Positions 1 to 8,773 of a stretch of DNA of 64,000 bases are shown here, in pieces. Each line of letters starts with the position of its first letter. The first letter of the stretch is position 1. The stretch is from Candidatus Moanibacter sp. (lineage in GTDB: Bacteria > Verrucomicrobiota > Verrucomicrobiia > Opitutales > UBA2987): NCBI GenBank assembly GCA_965215885.1, contig CBDCEW010000104.1, positions 192,001 to 256,000 of the forward strand, read 5' to 3'. The position numbers and the translations under genes are program-made. Below the pieces are notes generated by a model. It was not told where the DNA came from and did no database searches. It worked only from the letters and a program-made list of their open reading frames with translations.

Positions 1-164
1 ATTTGTAGCGGAAATCGGGAGATTTTCGGAGAAGTGAATGAGAGAATGGAAATGGTGAAATCAAGGATGAAGGGGTTCAGGGTTCCCGTTTTCGTCCTTC
101 GGGCACTTCCGAAGTAGGCAGAGTACAGATTACAGTTCCGGAAAGTCGGGATAAGAAGGGCATT

Positions 165-303
165 CCCACGGGTGCAGTAGCAAAACCACTGTTCCCTGCG
201 GTGATCGATCGATGAAGGAGGAAAGCCAAACCGAGGCATTAGTCGATGAAGAGAGCGATGGTCACTGGTAGGCACAGTGGTATTGGGCGAAGCCCGCAGT
301 GGG
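165..303. repeat. 139-bp structured dispersed element, copy A
   Basis: Ungapped match to 15677..15815 (107/139 identical by hand count). CCCAC...GTGGG terminal stem, internal ACCACTGT/ACAGTGGT stem and GGGCGAAGCCC hairpin. Confidence 0.8.
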
Positions 304-329
304 TAAAATGGCATGTGATTAATAATTAA

Positions 330-1812
330 GCCTCGTCAGCAGAATCTGTGGGTTATTTCGGGTTCAGGCAAGTCGCCCATGGTATGAAATAGGGCGATCT
401 TAAGCACTTCGAAGCTCTTAAAGCCGTATGCTTTTCTGATAGTGAGATTTATATTGCGGTTAAAGCCCTCCACAATGCCGCAGGAAAAGGCCTTTTTGGC
501 CCGAAACCAGTTGAGGATGAGCGGCTCGTGTTTGCGCACCGAGCGCACGAACCTTTTGATCGGTTTGAGGCGCGAACGCATGGCGCGCGTGCACCATTTT
601 TTCAGATACCATTGGGCCCAGTAGGGACTTTTATAATGCCACAAGAGCTGAAAGCTCTCCTTTAGTAGATAGGCCCGCACGCTCTTCAGATCGTATTGGA
701 GCACCTCCTTGAGGCGGATCTGTTGGGTGGGGGTGAGATTTTGCGGATTTTTCAAGAAACAGTATTTGCTTTTGACCAGCACGTTGATGTAGCCGTCCCG
801 TTGCAATCGCCTGGCTTCCGCAGCACGAATCTCATTGAGGGCCTTGTTCAGGTTGGCTACCAAGTGGAAGCGATCGAGGATGTGCAGCGCCTGGGGTGCC
901 TTTTTCTTGATCACTTTGAGGTAAGGCTTCCACAGATCCGAGCAGACGTAGAGGATCTGGCTGCTCTTTTGCGCTCCCAATTCCCAGAAAAAACGCAAGA
1001 GCGATTTTACGTTGCGCTTATTGAATACGCCCAATAGCCGCCGCCGCCCCTCGTCAAGCTGGTAGACCACGGTGAGATAGTGATGGCCTCGATGATACTG
1101 CACCTCATCGACTCCGATCGCCTCAATCCCGCTCATATCGCGCCGTTTGAGCCCCCAACGCACCATCGCCTCGACCGACTCGAAGACGTTGCGCCAGTTC
1201 GTGCGAAAAACCCTTGCCGTCTCTTCCCAGCTCAAGCGCCTCGCCCACTGGGCCAGAAACCATTGCATTGGCCAACTCAGATGACTCTTGCCCTTGGCCC
1301 AGGGCACCTCTTCGACCTTCACCCCGCACCGCCGGCAATTGACCCGCCGCATGCGGTAACGAAAATACACCTTCATCCCCCACAAGGGCACAAATTCAAA
1401 ATGCCTCGCCTCGCTCATGTGGTCGTAGCCGCTGGCCGTCCGGCCACACCCCGAACAGCACACCCGACTATTCTTGCGCGGCTCAATCTGCACCACAATC
1501 GCCTCCTCCGATTTCACCATTTCCATACTCGCCTTTGCGTAAACAAAGCTCTTGAGCCAATAGCACCGATTCAGTAGCGTTTTGATGAGCACTGGGTCCT
1601 CCGTGTTCAGGATGTATTTTCGGTACTACTTTCATCCTCGGAACGGCCCGGTGCTTCAACCTTTCAATCCCATATGCAAAGAAAACACCGACCAGCCCCT
1701 CCGGCTGTGGAGGAGCGGGATTCAGGGCAGCGCCCTGACTTCTCCTTGTGCTCACCGACTCTATTTCCTCTTGTAAGCGACGTTACCCACCCACAGATTC
1801 TGCTGTAGACCC
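330..1812 (-). mobile_element. ISL3-family insertion sequence, intact copy
   Basis: Imperfect 24-bp terminal IRs GCCTCGTCAGCAGAATCTGTGGGT / GGGTCTACAGCAGAATCTGTGGGT. Flanks ATAATTAA / TTAATTAA (7/8 match, probable TSD). A second copy lies at 42971. Confidence 0.93.
336..1592 (-). CDS. ISL3 family transposase
   Basis: 418 aa; zinc finger (CSGC...CRRC) and IGVDE, SDLW..Y, DRFH and VEGFNRNI motifs typical of ISL3 DDE transposases. Confidence 0.95.
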   Translation of the reverse strand: MLIKTLLNRCYWLKSFVYAKASMEMVKSEEAIVVQIEPRKNSRVCCSGCGRTASGYDHMSEARHFEFVPLWGMKVYFRYRMRRVNCRRCGVKVEEVPWAKGKSHLSWPMQWFLAQWARRLSWEETARVFRTNWRNVFESVEAMVRWGLKRRDMSGIEAIGVDEVQYHRGHHYLTVVYQLDEGRRRLLGVFNKRNVKSLLRFFWELGAQKSSQILYVCSDLWKPYLKVIKKKAPQALHILDRFHLVANLNKALNEIRAAEARRLQRDGYINVLVKSKYCFLKNPQNLTPTQQIRLKEVLQYDLKSVRAYLLKESFQLLWHYKSPYWAQWYLKKWCTRAMRSRLKPIKRFVRSVRKHEPLILNWFRAKKAFSCGIVEGFNRNINLTIRKAYGFKSFEVLKIALFHTMGDLPEPEITHRFC

Positions 1813-1844
1813 TTAATTAATTGGTGAACTGTTGAATTTGTGAA

Positions 1845-2078
1845 TTGTTAATGAACGATGGATCCGTCTTCGCTCCACTCTTCGCCGCGGCAGGCAGAAT
1901 ACAGGTGGCAGCGGATAAAAGAGGGCAACAGATTACTGCGGAAACGGCAATTGCTCTTGCGGCATTTTTTCGCGTTGAACCTGAGTTCTGGGCAAACCTG
2001 CAGACTGAATACGATCTACGCAGGGAAGAGATTAATCATGGTGCAGAACACCGTCAACGGGTCACGCCTTTGCCGTAG
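1845..2078 (+). pseudogene. HigA-family antitoxin remnant (C-terminal part)
   Basis: ITAETAIALAAFFRVEPEFWANLQTEYDL matches the HigA C-terminus. The N-terminal HTH helices are missing and no toxin gene is adjacent. Confidence 0.65.
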
Positions 2079-2234
2079 ACCCCTAAATCGGCTGTAATTA
2101 TCAGATCAGGCGTTTCGAGCCTCGTCCCCGCCTTCTTGCGAAGCCGGCTACATCGTCCGTTTTCGGGCGAAACGGGCTAAAAAGAGCGTACACTCTGCAG
2201 AGGAATACGGGAACAGTGGGAAGTTTACTCGCAG

Positions 2235-2640
2235 GTCGTAGTCGTAATCGTCGTCGATGGTCGGTTAGCGGTTTTCGACTTTCGACTACGATTATGACTA
2301 CGACAGAAGATCGCACAGGATTACACTCTTCCATCGTGACTCTCAATCGTGATTTCCAGTCGAGTTTCGACTACGATTACGACTACGAATTTCGATTGTT
2401 GCCCCACCGTGTTTACGAACGGTTCAAATTCCACTCGAATGTCGTAGTCATAATCGTAGTCGTTGGTCGGAAGTTTGGGCAGTACAGAACCGGCAGTTTT
2501 CTGATCCGGTTCAAATTCCACTCGAATGTCGTAGTCATAATCGTAGTCGTTGGTCGGAAGTTTGGGCAGTGCCCCCGTCGTTGCCGACGCGGCTACCAGA
2601 ATTGCTCTTTGTCGTAAGCCTCGTCGTAAACTTTGTCGAA
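2235..2640. repeat. Intergenic array of 6-bp periodic (TCGTAG/TCGTAA)n motifs in both orientations, a 64-bp direct repeat and a 12-bp periodic motif
   Basis: TCGTAGTCGTAATCGTCGTCG at ~2236; complementary CGACTACGATTA(T/C)GACTACGA at ~2283 and ~2368; exact repeat 2420..2483 = 2507..2570. Confidence 0.85.
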
Positions 2641-2734
2641 TTCCCGAACACTCTCATCGTGACTCCTAACCCGCGTATTCTATTTGTGCTGTTTGCGGAA
2701 TAGGATATATTCCTGGCCTTCTCATTCCTAAAGT

Positions 2735-4783
2735 ATGGCGAATCGTTTACTTGCACCATTGCTCTTCGGGCTTGCGTTTTTCCTTGTCCACTTCCTCTCG
2801 GGGCAGGAGGAAGGGCCGGATTTGCGATTTCTTGAGGTGGCGGAGGGGTTGGAGAGGCCGGTCGATATTCAGGATCCACAGGACGGTTCCAACCGGCTAT
2901 TCATTGTTGAACAGGCGGGCCGCATACAGATCATCAAAGAGGGCGCCGTCCTTCCCGAACCCTTTCTCGATATCGCGGACCGTGTTCGCGATGCATTTAA
3001 TGAGGAAGGGCTCCTCGGGTTGGCCTTTTCGCCTAATTTCCCCGCCGACGGTATTTTCTATGTCAATTATACTAACGGCGCCACGAGTAATAGCCGAAGG
3101 ACGCGAATTTCGCGTTTTTCCGTGGACGCGAACGACCCCGACCTGGCCGATCCGGATTCGGAAGACATCATATTTACGGAAAGCCAGCCTTTCGCAAACC
3201 ACAATGCCGGGCAACTGCAATTTGGGCCGGATGGATTCCTGTATATAGGGTTGGGAGACGGTGGCAGTGCAAACGATCCGGGAAACAGGGCCCAGAATCC
3301 GCAACAGTTTCTCGGAAAGATGCTGCGTGTGGATGTTTCGGGCGACGATTTTGCGAGTGATTTGGAACGCGACTATTCCATACCGGACTCCAATCCCTTC
3401 GTGGGAAATGCGGGGACTCTGGATGAGATCTGGGCCTTGGGTCTACGCAACCCATGGAGATACTCTTTTGACCGTTTGACCGGTGACTTCTATATCGCCG
3501 ATGTGGGGCAGGATACCTGGGAGGAAATCGATTTTCAGCCTGCGGATAGTGGCGGCGGTGAGAACTACGGATGGCGCGTTAGAGAGGGAGCGAACAATTT
3601 CATCGTTCCAGGAGGGGGGGTGCCCGTTGGTTTGAGTGATCCGGTATTCGAATATCGTCACAGCAACGGAAATTTATCAGTGACAGGAGGCTACGTCTAT
3701 CGCGGCGCCAACTACCCGCGCATGGATGGGCTCTATCTTTACGGAGACTTTGGCTCCGGTCGAATCTGGGGGCTGAGGCGCGACGGCCAGAATGAATGGG
3801 TCAACCAGGAACTCGTGAATACAAGCTTCGGAATCTCCAGCTTTGGCGAGGACGAAGCGGGAGATCTCTATGTGGCGGACCTCTTCTCGGGTCGGATTTT
3901 CCTTCTTACGGATTTAGGCCTGCTCGTAGGTGGTGCGGCCAAACTGGTAAACACCGGCACGCTTTTTATGGAGAACTTTTATAATGGTTATGAACTCCTG
4001 GAGAGTTCCGGCTCCTTCTCCTCGATCGCGGGTGAGATCACCCGTATCTCGTTTCTCGATCTCGGGGGCGACCTGGTGTTTGCGGAATTTGGGAGCGAGG
4101 ATCCGGATACCATCCTGACGATAGTGCTGGAAGACTTTCAGGGATCCCAGGCGTCGCCCTACAATCAACCGACCACGACCTATGTGCAGGGACTTGCTTC
4201 GTTTATGATCGAGAATGCCACCGCCGGGACATTCTTTTCCGTGTTTACACTGGGCAACGATCCGACGCGTGTCGATTTGACCCTGATCAATAGCGAGACA
4301 TTCGCAGGTGAAGTAGACGGGATAGCGGATATACGATCGATAACGGTGAACGCCGCGGGAGAAGGTGGGGGCAGTATTGGGGGTATCAATGCTGCCGATG
4401 CCAATTTTGCGGCGGATTCGGGGGTGATCGGAATCGAAGCGGAGGATATTTCGGTGCGGCAGTTCCTTTTCGTTGGGGACATTACACCTTTTGGCTCGGC
4501 GCAGCCGAGGCTCAGGATAAGTGGTGACTCGCCGTTGATGGAGGTCCTTATCACAGGAGGGGATTTGGCGGAGGCGACGGGCAACTTCCAGATCGACACC
4601 AACGGAGTGGTCTACCCCTTCGACATTACGGCGACGACCGGACAGCGTTCGATCAGCGACAGCAATCTGAGGCCGGATCTTGGCGACGGAATTCGGGCGC
4701 CGGTTGCCGATACCTTTGCGGCGGATGCGGATGCGTATTTTGCAACCGATGGGCAGAGAGGGAGAGTGGAAAGTGACGAGTGA
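2735..4783 (+). CDS. PQQ-dependent sugar dehydrogenase (GSDH beta-propeller) with signal peptide and ~270-aa C-terminal domain
   Basis: EEGLLGLAFSPNF, NHNAGQLQFGPDGFLYIGLGDGG and GLRNPWRYSFD motifs. The C-terminus is homologous to 47181..48023. Confidence 0.9.
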   Translation: MANRLLAPLLFGLAFFLVHFLSGQEEGPDLRFLEVAEGLERPVDIQDPQDGSNRLFIVEQAGRIQIIKEGAVLPEPFLDIADRVRDAFNEEGLLGLAFSPNFPADGIFYVNYTNGATSNSRRTRISRFSVDANDPDLADPDSEDIIFTESQPFANHNAGQLQFGPDGFLYIGLGDGGSANDPGNRAQNPQQFLGKMLRVDVSGDDFASDLERDYSIPDSNPFVGNAGTLDEIWALGLRNPWRYSFDRLTGDFYIADVGQDTWEEIDFQPADSGGGENYGWRVREGANNFIVPGGGVPVGLSDPVFEYRHSNGNLSVTGGYVYRGANYPRMDGLYLYGDFGSGRIWGLRRDGQNEWVNQELVNTSFGISSFGEDEAGDLYVADLFSGRIFLLTDLGLLVGGAAKLVNTGTLFMENFYNGYELLESSGSFSSIAGEITRISFLDLGGDLVFAEFGSEDPDTILTIVLEDFQGSQASPYNQPTTTYVQGLASFMIENATAGTFFSVFTLGNDPTRVDLTLINSETFAGEVDGIADIRSITVNAAGEGGGSIGGINAADANFAADSGVIGIEAEDISVRQFLFVGDITPFGSAQPRLRISGDSPLMEVLITGGDLAEATGNFQIDTNGVVYPFDITATTGQRSISDSNLRPDLGDGIRAPVADTFAADADAYFATDGQRGRVESDE

Positions 4784-4798
4784 GCGGTAAAGAGAATT

Positions 4799-5550
4799 GA
4801 ACAGAAGGAAACAGAGAAAATAGAGAGAATGAGGAAAGAATTCTCACGCAACGGTCTTCGACCCGCAAGCGTCACTACGCCCTGTCGAGAAGCCGGAAAG
4901 AACGCAAAGGGAGCAGCTCTGCCGTACGGCAGAGAGGTACCACAGAGATGCAGAGCCGCAACCAAAAATGGAAAATAGAACCGCAAATGGACGCAAATGA
5001 ACGCGAATTAAGAGGAAAGCACCACGGATTCGAGAAAACCGAAGATTCGATGAAGAGGGATTCCCAACGGTTCGACAGGCTCGCACCGAACTCATAAACA
5101 GTGAGGAGATTCTTGATCGAATCGAGAAGGTAACTCGGAATACCCTGGTAACCTTGCATGCCTCGGCAAAGCAGAGCGACGACGGGTCCCGAACCTTTGT
5201 CGCGAACCTTGTCGACCCCACAACTTTGAATACCAATATGTTACACTCCAAAACGTGTTCAAACCTAAGTTTTGACGGATTGTAATACGGAGGAGACACA
5301 GCCAAAAGTGAGGAGGGGGAGAAACGGAGACGGGGAGACGCAAGCGAACCTTTGTCGTATGCTTCGTCGTCAACTTAGTCGCCCGATTCGGTCATTCAGT
5401 CGATGAAGCTTACGATAAAGCTTGCGACGAAGTTTGGAGAAGGTTTACACGCCGTAAGGAATCCTTTGTCGTCAACTTCGTCGCGAGCTTTGTCGCTGTT
5501 TATCGGCTGATATCTCGAGTAAGTTTACGATAAAGCTTACGATGAAGTAG
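4799..5550. repeat. Mosaic intergenic repeat array (9/10-bp and 12-bp periodic modules)
   Basis: AACAGAAGGAAACAGAG, AACCGCAAATGGACGCAAATGAACGCGAAT and CCACGGATTCGAG modules recur at 6766..6915. Five clusters of TCGNNARCTTNG-like 12-mers lie at 5190..5548. Confidence 0.8.
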
Positions 5551-5572
5551 AGAAGAGATGGGTCCCCCGGAA

Positions 5573-6766
5573 ATGAAGGCGGTATTGATTGTTATTGATA
5601 GTTTCGGAATCGGGTACCTGCCGGACGCCGGGGACTATGGCGACGTGGGCGCGAATACAGCTCTTCATCTTTGTGAAAGCATCGAGGATGTAAACCTGCC
5701 GAACCTGATGCAGCTCGGGTTGGGTAATTGTTCAGAACTCTTGAAAAACCCTCTGCCGGGCATGCCAGCGGCAAAGAAACCTCTGGCTGACTTCGGTGTG
5801 ATGAAGGAGCTTTCTCCGGGGAAGGATACAATGACCGGCCATTGGGAACTGGGCGGCATAATTCTGGACAAACCATTCCCGACTTTTCCGAGGGAGGCGC
5901 CTTCGTTTCCCGACGAGATTATCGAGCCGTTTTGTCGAGCGATTGGAACTGATATTCTCGGAAATGAAGCGGCCTCCGGCACGGAGATAATAAAACGGCT
6001 GGGAGAAGAGCATATACGAACGGGTAAACCGATCGTCTATACATCGGCCGATTCCGTTTTTCAATTGGCGGCCCATGAATCAGTCATACCGGTGGACCGG
6101 AACTATGAAATGTGCCGGATTGCGCGCAGGATCTGTGATCCGTTTCGAGTCGGTCGGGTTATCGCGCGGCCTTTCGTTGGGGAAGAGGGAAAATTTACCC
6201 GCACTGATCGGCGCAAGGATTTCAGCATAGCACTACCTGAGTCGACGATTCTGGACCACCTGCAGGAAAACGAAATTAAGACGATAGCGGTGGGTAAGAT
6301 TGGGAATATCTTCAAAGAGCAGGGAATCGCGGAGAGTCACGCCGATAAAGGTAACACGAAATGTATTGAGCGCATCCTGAAAGTGCTCGAAAAAGAAAGG
6401 GATGAGAGATTTTTCATGTTCGTGAATCTGGTCGATACGGATATGATTTACGGGCACCGGAGGGACGTTTCGGGCTACTATAGCGCTCTCACGGAAATCG
6501 ATGCGGCATTGTCCAACATGATCGACCTTTTGAATGATGGCGATCTTCTCACGATCAGCGCGGATCACGGCTGTGATCCCACCTTTCGAGGGAATGACCA
6601 CACACGTGAGTATGTTCCACTTCTTGCCTACCGCAAAGGCCTCTTTGGTAAGTCCGTAGGAATAAGAGATTCTTTTGCCGATGCTGCGCAAAGCGTGGCC
6701 GGTTACTTCGGTATTCCGGCGATAAAGAATGGGAGGAGTTTCTGGGGATGTGGAGAAGAGGATTGA
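5573..6766 (+). CDS. deoB: Phosphopentomutase
   Basis: VIDSFGIG, GKDTMTGHWE, YTSADSVFQLAAHE, YGHRRD, ADHGCDP and DHTREYVP motifs. Confidence 0.96.
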   Translation: MKAVLIVIDSFGIGYLPDAGDYGDVGANTALHLCESIEDVNLPNLMQLGLGNCSELLKNPLPGMPAAKKPLADFGVMKELSPGKDTMTGHWELGGIILDKPFPTFPREAPSFPDEIIEPFCRAIGTDILGNEAASGTEIIKRLGEEHIRTGKPIVYTSADSVFQLAAHESVIPVDRNYEMCRIARRICDPFRVGRVIARPFVGEEGKFTRTDRRKDFSIALPESTILDHLQENEIKTIAVGKIGNIFKEQGIAESHADKGNTKCIERILKVLEKERDERFFMFVNLVDTDMIYGHRRDVSGYYSALTEIDAALSNMIDLLNDGDLLTISADHGCDPTFRGNDHTREYVPLLAYRKGLFGKSVGIRDSFADAAQSVAGYFGIPAIKNGRSFWGCGEED

Positions 6767-7445
6767 ACAGAAGGAAACAAAGAGAACGGAGAGGGAAAGA
6801 GAGGAACCGCGAATGAACGCGAATGGACGCGAATTTGGGAGAAAGAGCCCGCGGATTCGAGGACACCGCGGAATTGTTCAAGAGGGATTTCTCAACGGAT
6901 TCGAGAATACAACGGTGTCCAGTCCTGATTAAAAGTGGACACGAGTTTAATCGGTTTCGGGAGAATCTTCGTCGTAAGCCTCGTCGTCAGCTTTGTCGAA
7001 ACATCGAACGTCGAAATCAGCACTTTCCTCCTTCGTTCCCGCTCCTGACCACTGAGGACTGGGCGGTGTTCGATTTTCGAAGCCGGATTAGGAGCACAAT
7101 GCCAGAAGGACATCCTAGTGTAGCCGCGGCCGCTAAGGACGCGGTCGATTGGAACATAGTCGCTGGTCCTTCCGTCCGCGTCCTTAGCGGCCGCGGCTAC
7201 GCAACGTCCAACATCGAACGTCCAAGACCTTCCTCCTTCGTTCCCGCTTCGCTCCTGATTTCGGAGGACGGGTCGGTGTTCGAAGTTTCCCGACAAGCCG
7301 GCGCAAAGGGGGAGAGGAAGACCCGACCCTTCCGTTCGGCAGGGTAACCAGTAACCAGTGTCCAGTATCCAGCGCCCAGTAGGCTTCGTGTTTCATCAAT
7401 CGACTTTTTGAGATTGTTTCGAAATTCGAAATTCGGTATTCGGAT
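6766..7445. repeat. Mosaic intergenic repeat array including a direct-repeat pair flanking a REP doublet
   Basis: Same modules as 4799..5050. AACATCGAACGTC...CCTCCTTCGTTCCCGCT...GGTGTTCGA occurs at ~7000 and ~7210. Confidence 0.75.
7120..7200. repeat. GTAG-type REP doublet (inverted pair)
   Basis: GTAGCCGCGGCCGCTAAGGACGCGG ... CCGCGTCCTTAGCGGCCGCGGCTAC is a perfect 25-bp inverted repeat. Confidence 0.8.
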
Positions 7446-7505
7446 CTTCCATGACACCATTATTCCACCTTCTACACACATGAGAATTCCTGACTGCTTC
7501 CGACA

Positions 7506-8312
7506 ATGTTACAAGCAACCCAGTACTTAAGGAGCGCTATCGGCGACTTCAGTCCAGAAATCGGGCTCGTGCTGGGATCCGGTCTCGGTTTTTTTGCGGA
7601 CGAACGCCTGCAGCTCTACAAGACGATACTTTACGATGATATTCCAGGATTCCATAAATCGACGGTGGAGGGCCACAAGGGTTGCCTGGTATTTGGGGAG
7701 GTAGGCGATCGCCGGGTGGTTTGCATGCAGGGCCGGTTTCATTATTATGAAGGCCATCCCATGAGCGAGGTGGTGACGCCCATCCGGGTGATGGCTGAAT
7801 TGGGTGTGGGAGTGTTGATCGTGACTAACGCAGCAGGGGGAATAAACCCCGATTTTCCGCCCGGCACGCTTATGCTCATAACCGATCACATAAATCACCT
7901 CGGCACCAATCCGTTGATGGGCGAAAATTACGATGAACTGGGGCCCCGGTTTCCGGATATGTCGACGGTCTACGATGCCGATCTGAGGGAAATAGCGAAA
8001 GAGATCGGTAAAGCGCTCGCTATCGATATTCGCCAAGGGGTCTATCTTGCAACGACGGGGCCTTCCTATGAAACGCCGGCGGAAATCCGAGCTTTTAGGA
8101 CGTTAGGTGCGGATGCTGTGGGAATGTCGACGGTGCCCGAGGCGATCGTGGCCAATCACGCGGGGATAAGAGTATGCGGAATTTCCTGCATCACAAATCC
8201 AGCGGCCGGTTTGTCTAAGCAGCCCCTTTCGCACGACGACGTTACGGAGACGGCCAACCGTGTAAAGGGCGAGTTTGCCGATCTGGTGGAAGAGCTCGTG
8301 AAGAGGTGTTGA
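7506..8312 (+). CDS. punA: Purine-nucleoside phosphorylase (trimeric PNP/XapA type)
   Basis: VLGSGLG, GRFHYYEG, TNAAGG, GPSYETPAE, AVGMSTVPE and ITNPAAG motifs. Confidence 0.93.
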   Translation: MLQATQYLRSAIGDFSPEIGLVLGSGLGFFADERLQLYKTILYDDIPGFHKSTVEGHKGCLVFGEVGDRRVVCMQGRFHYYEGHPMSEVVTPIRVMAELGVGVLIVTNAAGGINPDFPPGTLMLITDHINHLGTNPLMGENYDELGPRFPDMSTVYDADLREIAKEIGKALAIDIRQGVYLATTGPSYETPAEIRAFRTLGADAVGMSTVPEAIVANHAGIRVCGISCITNPAAGLSKQPLSHDDVTETANRVKGEFADLVEELVKRC

Positions 8313-8332
8313 GAGCAATCTGTCGGTCAGCC

Positions 8333-8772
8333 CAAACTTAATCGTAAGCTTCGTCGCAAACTTGATCGAGGGATGATCGAGTGAAGCCGGCGACAAAGTT
8401 GACGAGGAAGGATCCCTGGCGGGTAGGTGAAAATCTCCGAGTGAGACAGGAAGAAGGGTGTGGCAACGGATGAGCTGTGGTCAGAGGCAGAGTGGCACCC
8501 CTCGTGGTTGATGGTCGGAATCATCGATCGTAAGCTTACTCGTAAACCTCGTCGTAAGCTTGGTCGAGAGAGAAAAAACGTCCATGACGGCCTGGATTGC
8601 CTCGTCATGCTTCCTCGCAATGACAGGTTAGATCTTTTGAGGAGAATAACCATGATTGTCATCGCGAACTTAATCGTAAGCTTTGACGTAAGCTTGATCG
8701 GGGGATCGCCCGGAAAAGGCGACAAAGTTGACGACAAAGCTCGCGACAAAGTTTGGGCAACGATGATCGACG
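8333..8772. repeat. Intergenic array of 12-bp periodic triplets plus a GATTGC..CG..TCGCAATGAC palindromic motif
   Basis: Clusters at ~8333, ~8390, ~8527, ~8660 and ~8720. CCTGGATTGCCTCGTCATGCTTCCTCGCAATGACA at 8591 recurs at 17691. Confidence 0.8.
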
Positions 8773-8773
8773 T

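Noticed and set aside
1..314. Minus-strand ORF running off the window start
   Set aside because: It overlaps the 139-bp element and shows no recognisable protein motif.
2420..2570. Possible CRISPR array (direct repeat with spacer)
   Set aside because: Only two 64-bp copies with a 23-nt spacer, built from simple hexamer motifs, and no cas genes.
6823..7481. ORFs across repeat-rich intergenic regions (also 2216..2617, 4844..5305, 8327..8777)
   Set aside because: The translations simply read through repeat motifs and show no family motifs.
5190..8772. 12-bp periodic clusters as a degenerate CRISPR or integron attC array
   Set aside because: Mixed orientations, irregular spacing, no intervening ORF cassettes, and no integrase or cas genes.
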